A stretch of DNA of 64,000 bases from Candidatus Latescibacterota bacterium (GTDB lineage Bacteria > Latescibacterota > UBA2968 > UBA8231). Each line of letters opens with the position of its first letter. Within the stretch, counting starts at the first letter, position 1. Position numbers and translations under genes: made by a program. Below are positions 15,481-24,597 of this stretch, one piece after another. Location of the stretch: NCBI GenBank assembly GCA_965242865.1, contig CBDETK010000013.1, forward strand, positions 5,088,001-5,152,000, written 5' to 3'. The notes under the pieces are model-generated. The model ran no database searches. It saw only the letters and a list, made by a program, of their open reading frames with translations, and had not been told where the DNA came from.

Positions 15481-17811
15481 TCAATAAACCACTGAAATCA
15501 CGCGCCGGACGCGCTGCTGCTGAGCGTCTCCGTCGAGGTGGAGGTCGAGCAGGTAAAGGCCGGGCGGCACCCGGTGCCCGGCTTGGTCGCGGCCATCCCA
15601 CGTGAAATGCCGAGTACCCGCGGTGACCGCTTGCGTCCGCTCGACGAGCACGCGACCGGCCAAGTCGTAGAGCCGCAGGTGCCAAGGGCGCGGCGCGAGG
15701 AGGTTGATCACGTCGGCGCGGACGGTCAGCACGTCGTTTATGCCGTCGCCGTTGGGCGTCAGCACCTCCGCGTCAAAGACGACGTTGAGCAGGAGATCGC
15801 GGGCGACCGGAAGGCCGACGACATTGGTGCTGCTGGCGACTTGGTCCGTAGCATCCCCGGGATCGACGCGCTGGCGGCTGGCGTCCGCCGTGCGAGCGTC
15901 TTGAATGAAAAGGACGAAGGGCGTGGACTGCTGGAAAACTTGGGCGGCAAAGCGCAACTCCACGAGGTCGGCGTCGCGCAACGGCTGGGGGAAGGTCACC
16001 GCAAAGCCCGCTTCAACCGGCTGGGCTGCAACCGCTAGGGGCGCGTCGTTGACCAAGGCGCGAATAAAGCGCGTCCGCGTCGGCGTCTCCAACACGAGGC
16101 GGTCGAACCCGGAGGCCCTCGTCTGGCGCGGGCGCAAAAAGAAGCGGAACTCGGTTTCTTCGCCCGGCACCACCTCGGTCGGGAAAATTTCGCTGACCGC
16201 ACGCTGAGACAACGGGTCGCTGAAGGCAATGCTGAGCGCGTCGAGTTGTAGGGCCACCGCTGGGTCGGCCGTGACCATCCGCAGCTGGAGTTGGGCGTAG
16301 CGGCGCGGCGAAGGCGATTGGAACGCTTGGCCCGAAAAGGCGTAGAGCTTGCTCCACGCGCTCCAATCGTCGCCGATGACCTCAGCGGTGTCGATCGGCC
16401 CCTTGAAGCTCGGAATCAGCTTGTCGTAGCGCCGCTTGCTGACTTGCTTGCCGTTCTTGTCGTAATAGGTCAGCAGGTTTTCGACTTGGTTGCCGGAGCG
16501 GCTGCGTAGCTCCAGTCGAGTGCCCGGCGGGATGTCGGCCTTCCACGACAGGGCGTTGAGGCTTTTGACGCGCTCAAAGTCCATGATGTGCGAGCGAAAT
16601 TCCAAGCTATGAGGAAAGCCCTCGCCGAACACCTGAAGCTCCTCGGCAAACCCCCGAAAGGCCCAGCGATTGCTCGCGTCCCAACTCTTCCACAACACCC
16701 GAATAAAGCGGGTGGGCACCAGCCCAAACTCGTGGGTGGCCGCTCCGGTCACTTCTTTGACGTGTTGGCTGGCCGTGCCAGCATAGTACTTCTGCCAGAT
16801 CAGGGAGCCATCGGGCGCGACCGAGCCAGCGGAACCGAGCACCTCGTAGAAGTTGAACCCAAAGGAGCGCCGGGTGATGAAGAAGTCGATGACCCGGCCG
16901 CTGCCAGCGGTGATGCCGCCGCCGGGCCGGGCCACGACGCCGCCGACAATTTTGAGCTTGTCGATGAAGTACGTGGCCCCCAAGTCGAGGACGATGTGCG
17001 AAAAGACGTCGCGCTCGGCTTGGATGGTGCGCCGCACAAACCAGCGCGTGGAGAGATCGCCGTCGATGAGCACTTGGGCGTTGCCCAGCGGAATGAGGTC
17101 TTGGGTGACGAACGCGTCGAGGACTACTTCGAGATTGCCACCGCGCGCCAGCATCCACAAGGCCAGATTGTCGCCGAGTGCTTCCACCTCGACCTCGAGG
17201 AGACGGGTGCCGGGTTCGAGGGCGAGCAGGTCCAAGCGCACGTACTGGATCGGCGTGTGGAAGGGCTGGTCGAGTTCGTACGCGATCTCGTGGCGGGTAT
17301 TCTCCTTGAATCGCTCGCGCTGGCGGTAGATGACGGTCTCGGCGATGGGGTTATCTACCTCGTCAACGGCGTGTTCGCCCGTGGAAAGCAGCAGGTCAAA
17401 AAGCGACGGTGCCGGGCCTTGGGGGTCAAAGATCAGCTTGACGCGGCGGGCGGAGACTCCCCGCCCCAAATCGAGCTCAAGGGTCCAGTTCGCAGGCGGA
17501 TCGTCGAGCTGGGGACGCCAGCCGGTGGCGCGGTCGCTGTCCATGACCAGCGGCGCGTCTCGCAGATTGGAACCCGCGCGGCGGATGCCGCCGCCAAAGG
17601 CCGCAGCATTGAGCGCGGCATTGATGTCGCGGCGAACCGCAACGGGCTTGAGCCCGCCCTGTGGCGTTAGCGCGACCGTGCCGGGCAGGGGCCAAGCCTG
17701 CCAGTCGCGGCGGGAGGCAAAGCGAAGCTCGTCGGCATTCGCCGGAGGAAGCCAGCCGAGCAAGGCGCAGACGACCGCACCGCAGCGCGTTACGCACCGT
17801 GAAGAAGCCAT
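15481..17811 (-). CDS. Secreted protein with discoidin-like regions and a C-terminal FlgD-Ig / T9SS-type sorting domain
   Basis: Signal peptide; TPNGDGIND; LYDLAGR...WDGRDQAG..VPPGLY. Confidence 0.82.
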   Translation of the reverse strand: MASSRCVTRCGAVVCALLGWLPPANADELRFASRRDWQAWPLPGTVALTPQGGLKPVAVRRDINAALNAAAFGGGIRRAGSNLRDAPLVMDSDRATGWRPQLDDPPANWTLELDLGRGVSARRVKLIFDPQGPAPSLFDLLLSTGEHAVDEVDNPIAETVIYRQRERFKENTRHEIAYELDQPFHTPIQYVRLDLLALEPGTRLLEVEVEALGDNLALWMLARGGNLEVVLDAFVTQDLIPLGNAQVLIDGDLSTRWFVRRTIQAERDVFSHIVLDLGATYFIDKLKIVGGVVARPGGGITAGSGRVIDFFITRRSFGFNFYEVLGSAGSVAPDGSLIWQKYYAGTASQHVKEVTGAATHEFGLVPTRFIRVLWKSWDASNRWAFRGFAEELQVFGEGFPHSLEFRSHIMDFERVKSLNALSWKADIPPGTRLELRSRSGNQVENLLTYYDKNGKQVSKRRYDKLIPSFKGPIDTAEVIGDDWSAWSKLYAFSGQAFQSPSPRRYAQLQLRMVTADPAVALQLDALSIAFSDPLSQRAVSEIFPTEVVPGEETEFRFFLRPRQTRASGFDRLVLETPTRTRFIRALVNDAPLAVAAQPVEAGFAVTFPQPLRDADLVELRFAAQVFQQSTPFVLFIQDARTADASRQRVDPGDATDQVASSTNVVGLPVARDLLLNVVFDAEVLTPNGDGINDVLTVRADVINLLAPRPWHLRLYDLAGRVLVERTQAVTAGTRHFTWDGRDQAGHRVPPGLYLLDLHLDGDAQQQRVRRVISVVY

Positions 17812-17814
17812 TTG

Positions 17815-18573
17815 CTACTTCTGCAAGACGCGGCCCGCGCCGTTGCGGTCCCAAATCCCCACCGCGCCGTTGCGCTTGCCATCGGCGCCCAAGAAGACGA
17901 GGTGGGTTCCATTTGAGGCGTTGACATGCAGGCCGCCGTTGCCGCGGGCACCGGCCCCCGCGTAGATCAGGTTGTCGCCGGTGTGGCTGTTGATCAACAG
18001 GCCGCCGTTTTGCAATGAATCGGCGCCGGCGAGAAAGATGTTGACGCCCTCGGCGTTGTTGGCCATCAGCAAGCCGCTGCCCGCGTCTTCCCCCGCGACG
18101 ACCAGCAAGCCGCCGGCCGCGCTCCGCAGCTCCAAGTGGCCGCTGCCAGCCGCGCTCGCGCCCAAGTACGCCAACTGTTCGCCGGCCGCATTATACACCT
18201 GCACCGCGCCTCCCTCGCTGCTTGCAATCGAGACCAGCGGCGCACCCGTAGCCGTGTTGACCGCGAGCAAGCCGTGGCCGGCTGCGTCGGTACTGAGGCT
18301 AACCCCGCCCTGTCCATGGCCGGTCCCCACCCACAACGCGCCGTTTTGGCGTTCATCGGCCGTAGCCACGAGCACGGGTTGGCCTTCGTCGTTGAGGATT
18401 TCGAGGGCGCGGGCGCGGACTACGTCGGCCCCGGACGCCGTGCTCATCAAGGCGGTACTCAGCGACGCGCTCAGCAAGACCGCAATGTCGGTTAGGGCCA
18501 GCGCGGCCAGCAGGGCCAAGAGGCGGCGGCCAATGTAGCGTTCCAAAGAAGCGTACGGTTGAAAGGCGGGCAT
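17815..18573 (-). CDS. Membrane-anchored hypothetical protein with ~23-aa Gly-rich beta repeats
   Basis: Hydrophobic N-terminal segment; repeated G.L.(V/I)N..G..L(V/I)..GA...G.G. Confidence 0.7.
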   Translation of the reverse strand: MPAFQPYASLERYIGRRLLALLAALALTDIAVLLSASLSTALMSTASGADVVRARALEILNDEGQPVLVATADERQNGALWVGTGHGQGGVSLSTDAAGHGLLAVNTATGAPLVSIASSEGGAVQVYNAAGEQLAYLGASAAGSGHLELRSAAGGLLVVAGEDAGSGLLMANNAEGVNIFLAGADSLQNGGLLINSHTGDNLIYAGAGARGNGGLHVNASNGTHLVFLGADGKRNGAVGIWDRNGAGRVLQK

Positions 18574-18752
18574 AAGGGTCCTCTCAGTAAAAGCGGTTTT
18601 CGTCCACCGCATGGGCGTTGGCTATCGCTCAGTACGTCCCGTTGCGCCCGGGATCAAGGGCGTCCCGCCCTCGAAGCGGCTGGTGTCGTGTAGGGCTATC
18701 GTATGAGCATAATTTTGCGCGTCAGCAACTGCACAGGATCGGCGTCGCCCGT

Positions 18753-20450
18753 TCAGAAGTCGATTCGCCAGATCCCTGTGGCTTGTTTGGCCATCCAAAC
18801 TTGGTGTGCGTGGAGTTTCTCCACGGTCCAAGTATCAAAGTCTTCTGCCAGCTTGCGCGTTATTGCGAAGTCGCTCCCTTGGTAGGCCGAGTGCTTTTCG
18901 GCATATCCCGAATTGCCCAAATCGCGATTGGCGGCGGTCGTCAAGAGCGTCATGTTCCCTAGACGATACGTAGCAGCCTCCCGCTGTTGCTCGTCGAACT
19001 GGCCCCAGCCGTCATGCGGATTTTCCGGCAACACGTGCTCAATGTCGTATTTCGCGCTCTCGGCTTCAAAGCGCTGTCCCGACAACTGCGCTTCGAGCGC
19101 GAACAGTATAAAGCGCACGACTCTATTGTTGCGGGAGTTGGTCGTCCGCAGTTCCTTTTCGACAAACGCCGCCCTAAATTCCGCGTCCTCGGGATAGACC
19201 GGCCGCAGCTTTGCAATCGCCGCTTGCACACTGTCGATTGTGCCGGCCGATAGCTCACAGGCAATCCGGTTATATACCACCTCCTGCTCGTTGCTTTGGC
19301 GGCCACCAATCACGTTGTATCGAAACGATACCACCGCGATAGCACGCAAGAACCGTCCAAAGCCGGCGCGGTCGCGTTCCCCAAATCGCTCAAATGCCGC
19401 CAGCAATAACGCCAAGGGCTGACGCACGTTGAACATCTGCAACTGGTCCAGATTTGTGCGCTCCTCTGCGGTCCAAGAGCCGTCCTCTGGCCGACGCAAC
19501 GCCGAATACACCCGCGCGGATTGGTCCATATCGCGGACCAACTGAAACACCCTAGACCGATCGCTTATTGTACGGCGCAGGGTTTTGAACAAGTCTGTCT
19601 TGCGCACCAGCCGGTTGCGGCTGTTCCAGAAAACCCGCAAAAACTCGGGAAAGCGCTCACTGCCCAGCAGCCCGACGATACCATCCCAGCGATCTTCCAA
19701 AGAGTTGATCTCTGATTCATGTGGATTGCCACGCGAGACGACCGAGAACAAGTGATTCTTCAGCAGATCCGTGGCAGACAAGCGCACACCGCGTGCGTTC
19801 AGGGTCTCAAACACCTTGAAGGCATTCAGTTCGTCGGTCACGGTGATGGTCGTAAAAAGCAGCTTATCTACCGCGCCATCGACAAAGCGCGCCACCGCCT
19901 CACCGTCGTCACCGGATCGTTCCTCAATGCGAGCCTTAAACCAGAGAAACGCCCGGCGCAGGAGCTGTTCCGATGCGTTCAACCCTCGTTGCGGCAGACG
20001 CTCCAAAGGGACTAGGTAATGCTGGTAAAAGCGATCGTTGTGCCGATTTAGCTCCAGTTTGGAGCGCGGCACTAGGCTCACCGGGTCCAAATAGCCGATG
20101 TAATTGCTGCGCAACTGCTCGGCGCGTCGGCGTTGTGGGTCCGCCGGGTCGTCCGACGCGGCCAAGTCCGTCAGACGCGCCACCGCGGCCAGCATCAACA
20201 GGCTCAACGTGGTCATGCGTTGCTGGCCGTCGATGATGTTGAACGCCCGGTTGTCCGCCGATTGCAATACCAGATAGCCCATGTAATGAGCGGGTTCTGG
20301 GTCGTCGCCGAACAGCGCGACCAAGTCCTGCCACAGGTCGTCCCACTCGTCGGCCCCCCAAGAATAGTCGCGTTGGAACTGGGGGACGCGATAACTCAGC
20401 CCATTGCCCATGAGTTGGCGAAACGTGCTGTTGGTGGCATTGAAATTCAT
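18753..20450 (-). CDS. DUF262 + DUF1524 protein (GmrSD-like modification-dependent restriction endonuclease)
   Basis: VPQFQRDYSW, IIDGQQRMTT, FETLNARG, DIEHVLPE, RLGNMTLL...N. Confidence 0.9.
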   Translation of the reverse strand: MNFNATNSTFRQLMGNGLSYRVPQFQRDYSWGADEWDDLWQDLVALFGDDPEPAHYMGYLVLQSADNRAFNIIDGQQRMTTLSLLMLAAVARLTDLAASDDPADPQRRRAEQLRSNYIGYLDPVSLVPRSKLELNRHNDRFYQHYLVPLERLPQRGLNASEQLLRRAFLWFKARIEERSGDDGEAVARFVDGAVDKLLFTTITVTDELNAFKVFETLNARGVRLSATDLLKNHLFSVVSRGNPHESEINSLEDRWDGIVGLLGSERFPEFLRVFWNSRNRLVRKTDLFKTLRRTISDRSRVFQLVRDMDQSARVYSALRRPEDGSWTAEERTNLDQLQMFNVRQPLALLLAAFERFGERDRAGFGRFLRAIAVVSFRYNVIGGRQSNEQEVVYNRIACELSAGTIDSVQAAIAKLRPVYPEDAEFRAAFVEKELRTTNSRNNRVVRFILFALEAQLSGQRFEAESAKYDIEHVLPENPHDGWGQFDEQQREAATYRLGNMTLLTTAANRDLGNSGYAEKHSAYQGSDFAITRKLAEDFDTWTVEKLHAHQVWMAKQATGIWRIDF

Positions 20451-20518
20451 CGGCGTCCTCTTTTGGGCCGATAGAGCACTTGCTATTTTCAGCCCAAACT
20501 TACGCAAGGAGGAGGCCA

Positions 20519-21727
20519 ATGGCCAAAATCAAGGAAGTCCGCTGCATCCGCACCCGCCAAAACGGCACCTGGGTCATCGTCAAAATCATCACTGACCAGC
20601 CCGGTCTCTACGGCATTGGCTCGGCCAGCGAGCACAACCACGCGGCCACGGTCGTCACAGCCCTCGAAGAGAGCTTGGGGCCGCTGCTGATTGGCCGCGA
20701 GGCCAGCCGCATCGAAGATATATGGCAGTGCCTCTACACCAGCGGCTACTGGCGCAGCGGCTCCATTCTCAACGCCGCGCTGGGCGGGATCGACATGGCC
20801 CTGTGGGACATCAAGGGCAAGGAGGCCGGAATGCCCGTGTACGATCTGCTCGGCGGGGCCTGCCGTGCGGCCGTGCCCTGCTACGCCCACGCCGGCGGCA
20901 GCGACCACGCGGCCCTCGCCGAGGACGTCCAACGCTACATCGACGAGGGCTGGCCGGTGATCCGCTGCCAACTCGGGGGCTATGGCGGCGGCGGGTTCGT
21001 GGAAAACGCCCCCAAGCCGCGCAACCCGTGGTCGGCGGCCCCGGCCTTTGACGACGAAGCCTATCTCGAAGCCATCCCGGCCATGTTCGACTATCTCCGC
21101 AAGCACCTCGGATTTGGCCCCAAGCTGACCCACGACGTCCACGAGCACCTCAAGCCCCAAGTCGCGGTGGCTCTGGCCAAGCGGCTGGAACCCTACCGCC
21201 TTTTCTTTTTGGAAGACGCGCTCGCGCCCGAGCAAATCGGCTGGTTCCGGCTCATGCGCCAGCAATGCACCACGCCGCAGGCCATGGGCGAGCTATTCGT
21301 CAATGTCCACGAATACTTGCCGCTGATCAGCGAACGCCTCATCGATTACGTCCGTGTGCGGGTGGCCAAAGGCGGCGGCATCACCCCGTGCCGCAAAATC
21401 GCCGCGCTCTGCGAGTTCTACGGCGTCCAGACGGCTTGGCAGGAGGGCGGGGACAACGATCCGGTCAACCAAGCGGCCGCCATGCACTTAGACATGGCGA
21501 GCTACAGCTTTGGCATTCAAGAGGAAAACGGGTTCGGGCCAGCCGAGTTGGAGGCGTTTCCCGGACACGCGACTATGGAAGGGGGCTACATGTATCCCAA
21601 CGACCAGCCCGGCTTGGGAATCGACATCGACGAGGACAAGGCCAAGAAGCTGTTGGTGGGCGATCAGGTGCGCGCTTTTTACGCGGCCGAAGACCGCCGC
21701 GCCGACGGCAGCGTGGTGCGGCCCTAG
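20519..21727 (+). CDS. D-mannonate dehydratase (RspA/ManD)-like enolase superfamily protein
   Basis: KIITDQPGLYGIG, DMALWDIKGK, HDVHE, FLED, MGE, PGLGID; strong SD. Confidence 0.9.
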   Translation: MAKIKEVRCIRTRQNGTWVIVKIITDQPGLYGIGSASEHNHAATVVTALEESLGPLLIGREASRIEDIWQCLYTSGYWRSGSILNAALGGIDMALWDIKGKEAGMPVYDLLGGACRAAVPCYAHAGGSDHAALAEDVQRYIDEGWPVIRCQLGGYGGGGFVENAPKPRNPWSAAPAFDDEAYLEAIPAMFDYLRKHLGFGPKLTHDVHEHLKPQVAVALAKRLEPYRLFFLEDALAPEQIGWFRLMRQQCTTPQAMGELFVNVHEYLPLISERLIDYVRVRVAKGGGITPCRKIAALCEFYGVQTAWQEGGDNDPVNQAAAMHLDMASYSFGIQEENGFGPAELEAFPGHATMEGGYMYPNDQPGLGIDIDEDKAKKLLVGDQVRAFYAAEDRRADGSVVRP

Positions 21728-21787
21728 GGATTGGGCCGGGCCGATGCTCTAAAAAAAGCGACACGGGCGAATAATCACTCGCCCTCT

Positions 21788-21856
21788 ATCGGGCTGCATT
21801 CCATGCCCCTGCACCAGTCGATTGAAGGCGGCCATGGCAACGCGGAGATGGGCGAT
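21788..21856 (-). mobile_element. Short remnant of the IS982-family transposase 3' region
   Basis: The reverse complement closely matches ~50342..50410 (cgcccatctccgc...gccatggccgccttcaa...tggtgcag...gcatgga). Confidence 0.7.
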
Positions 21857-21913
21857 GCAGCATCTGCCGCGTCGCCTCAACGCCATGCAAGCCGGGCCGG
21901 TGAACCTCCACGA

Positions 21914-22025
21914 CTACCAAATACCCAGCGCGATGTACTGTGGCGTCGTCAACCCCTCGGTGATGAGGTCTTGGGCGTCTGAGCCATCCCCATCCAAGTT
22001 GGCCCACTGAATTTTACCCGGGCCC
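21914..22025 (-). pseudogene. Orphan YWTD C-terminal fragment (frameshifted)
   Basis: GKIQWANLDG / SDAQDLITEGLTTPQYIALGIW*; the fragment and its 3' flank are homologous to ~48900..49060. Confidence 0.75.
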
Positions 22026-22065
22026 CCGGGGACGGTAGGCGCGGCCAGCGGCCAAGCGCGGCTAG

Positions 22066-23775
22066 CTACCAAACACCTAGCACGATGTGCAGTGGACGCA
22101 ACAACCCCGTAGCTAATTCTTTGGAGTCTGAGCCATCAAAGTTGACGCTCCCAACGTTATTCGCGCCAAAGTCCGCCCAGTATATCTTTTCGTTCTCTAC
22201 ATCCAGCGCGATGCCCCATGCCGTCGTCACCCCCGTAAAGACGTCTTGGACGTCTGATCCATTGTCCAAGTTGGCAGACCGAATTCTACTGCCCGTGCTC
22301 ATGGTCCAGGAAACCCAGTATATCTTTCTGTTCACCAAATCCAGCGCGAGGCCCGATGCATTATTCACGTCCGTACCCGTAAGGAAGTCGGTGGGGTTTT
22401 CGCCATTCAGGTCGGCAGACTGAATCTTATGCTCGGCCCAGTCCGTCCAGTACATCTTTTCGCTCTTTACATCCAGCGCGATGCTCTGTGGCGCAGTATT
22501 CAAACCCGTCGTGGTCAAGAGTTTTCGGCGGTCTGAGCCATCCAAGTTGACAATCCCGATAGAATCCGCGGCCGTCCAGTATATCTTTCTGTTCACCGCA
22601 TCCAGCGCGATGCCCCGTGGCGAACCGAATCCCGAGGCGAGGGTTTGCGTGTTTGAGCCATCCAAGTCGGCCCACCGAAGCGAACCCCCTAGGACCGAGT
22701 CCGTCCAGTATATCTTTCTGTTCACCGCATCCACCGCGATGCCCGCTGGCTTACTGCCTTGGGGCACCCAGCCGTATAAGTGAGTGTAAACTTGTTCGGG
22801 TTCGGGGATGAAGGATTGGGGGGTTGAGCCATTCAAGTTCATACGCCAAATCCGAGACTCTCTTGTTGTTTCATCTATACCTGTTCTTATGTCAGCGTCT
22901 ATAAAATATAGGGCGGACTCTGGTTCCGGTTCCTCTGGTAGTTCTGGATAGACTTGTACGGTTTCGACGCGGGGGTATTTTTCTAGTACCGCTTCGACGC
23001 GGAGGCCGCTTGTTATCGCGGCGGCGAGTTGTTGGTTGGCCGCGTGCTGGCTGAGGGCGTTTTCCATCACGCCCAGCCATTGCAGGTTCGTCAGGCTCGC
23101 CAAGGGACTCACGTCGGTAATCGCGTTGTCTCCTAGCTGGATCCATTGCAGGTTCGTTAGGCGAGCTAACGGACTCACGTCCGTAATTTCGTTGCCCCAC
23201 ATATCCAGCTTGCGCAAGCTGATCAGGCTGGCCAGCGGACTCGCATCCGCAACCTTGTTCCCCCACAGCGACAGCGTGTGCAGATTGGTTAGGCTCGCCA
23301 ACGGCTGCACGTCGGTAATCGCGTTGCCCCGCAGATACAGCGTTGTCAGTGCTGTTGCGTGTTCGAGGCCGGCCACGCTCTCAATGTTTTTATAGCTCGC
23401 GTCGAGTTCGGTCAGGGCCGCCAAGTCCGCCGGGGTCAGCGGCCCTTGCGGACGGTCCAACGCCTCCCTTACCGCCCGCTCCAGATTGGCGTCGGCGAAC
23501 TCCACGACCGCCGATTGGGTGCTGTCAGCGTCAGCGTCGGCGGTCTCGGTGCTATCGGCGTCGGCGTCGGTTTGGGTGGTATCAGGGCTTTCGGGGGCGG
23601 CCAACCCGTCGGTAGCGGTGTAGGCGTCGTCGCCCAAGAATTCGCATAAGGAACAGGTGGCTTTGCCCGCTGGCCGAGAAGCGACCGGCGCGGAGTCCGA
23701 GCAGCCCATCCAAGCCCCGACGATGCCCAAAAGGACGAACGCAAATAGGGTTTTGAGAGATTTCAACGAAAGCAT
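22066..23775 (-). CDS. LRR + YWTD beta-propeller lipoprotein
   Basis: Lipobox AWMGC, internalin-like LRRs, ~6 YWTD-type repeats (GIALD..NRKIYWTD). Confidence 0.92.
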   Translation of the reverse strand: MLSLKSLKTLFAFVLLGIVGAWMGCSDSAPVASRPAGKATCSLCEFLGDDAYTATDGLAAPESPDTTQTDADADSTETADADADSTQSAVVEFADANLERAVREALDRPQGPLTPADLAALTELDASYKNIESVAGLEHATALTTLYLRGNAITDVQPLASLTNLHTLSLWGNKVADASPLASLISLRKLDMWGNEITDVSPLARLTNLQWIQLGDNAITDVSPLASLTNLQWLGVMENALSQHAANQQLAAAITSGLRVEAVLEKYPRVETVQVYPELPEEPEPESALYFIDADIRTGIDETTRESRIWRMNLNGSTPQSFIPEPEQVYTHLYGWVPQGSKPAGIAVDAVNRKIYWTDSVLGGSLRWADLDGSNTQTLASGFGSPRGIALDAVNRKIYWTAADSIGIVNLDGSDRRKLLTTTGLNTAPQSIALDVKSEKMYWTDWAEHKIQSADLNGENPTDFLTGTDVNNASGLALDLVNRKIYWVSWTMSTGSRIRSANLDNGSDVQDVFTGVTTAWGIALDVENEKIYWADFGANNVGSVNFDGSDSKELATGLLRPLHIVLGVW

Positions 23776-24124
23776 GGTTTGCTCCTTTGCATGGGTTGGA
23801 AGAAGGACTGAGTACACGACCCCCTACTTTGCGAACGCCTTTTCTGCTGTTCTCGATGAATCCGAGCTGGAGGGCGTCTCGCCTTCGACGAGGACAGGAT
23901 GCCCGCGCTCTTTGGAAGGCGAGTGGTGGGTCGTATCGTGAGGAAGAAGGGAATGGCGCGGCCGGGCTCGCCCTAGGGCGGTACTTTGGATAGGCCCCAG
24001 CCTACGTACACGGCGTACAGACGAAGGCCGACCGGCCGTGTGCGGTTTGGGGCCGTGCGGCCAGACCGCCGCGACGCCCAACAGCCGCGCACGATCCGTC
24101 GGCCTATGCTGAGAAGTAGAGAGT

Positions 24125-24292
24125 TTAGTGCTTGGTGCTAGCGGAGAATTTTCGGGGGGGGGGGGGTAAGTCGTTGTTTTTCAAGGACTTACGACGCATT
24201 AAGTCCGACGATGAATCCAAGCACCCAACAGGGTTTTGCCCCACAGCAAGGCCCCTGCCTGATATGAAATGCTTAACCATCGTCTCGTTCAT
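24125..24292 (-). CDS. Poly-C leader ORF, copy 2 (short frame, C13)
   Basis: MNETMVKHFISGRGLAVGQNPVGCLDSSSDLMRRKSLKNNDLPPPPRKFSASTKH*; frameshifted after the tract relative to copy 1. Confidence 0.45.
   Translation of the reverse strand: MNETMVKHFISGRGLAVGQNPVGCLDSSSDLMRRKSLKNNDLPPPPRKFSASTKH
24154..24166. repeat. G13 homopolymer
   Basis: Counted directly. Confidence 0.95.
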
Positions 24293-24323
24293 TTGCCAAC
24301 CGATCGTGCCAAATTTGCCGCTG

Positions 24324-24459
24324 TAACGGGCAGGCACGGGGGCCTGCCCCAACGAAATTCTAACGGGCAGGCACGGGGGGCCGCCCCAACGAAATTCTAA
24401 CGGGCAGGCACGGGGGCCTGCCCCAACAATTCTAACGGGCAGGCACGGGGGGCCGCCCC
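24324..24459. repeat. Tandem array of 4 REP-like 35-37-bp palindromic units (last partial)
   Basis: Same unit as 1584..1684. Confidence 0.9.
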
Positions 24460-24597
24460 TGATTTAGGTCATTTGCCGTCATTAAATAAAAGCCTAAACG
24501 CAGAAGCCGCAACCTGCTTACTTCTACGGCAATCCTTAGAAACTGTCTGAGGCAACAAAGCCCAAAGCCTGCCCGCAACTTCTTAGAATCATCGATC

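Noticed and set aside
21914-22910. Diversity-generating retroelement template/variable repeat pair among the YWTD or UDG-like copies
   Set aside because: No reverse transcriptase in the window; the differences include indels and are not adenine-specific.
24537-24550. Possible IS5-type end (tagaaactgtctga) at the cassette border
   Set aside because: Only ~14 nt of similarity to the end near 11000; too short to call.
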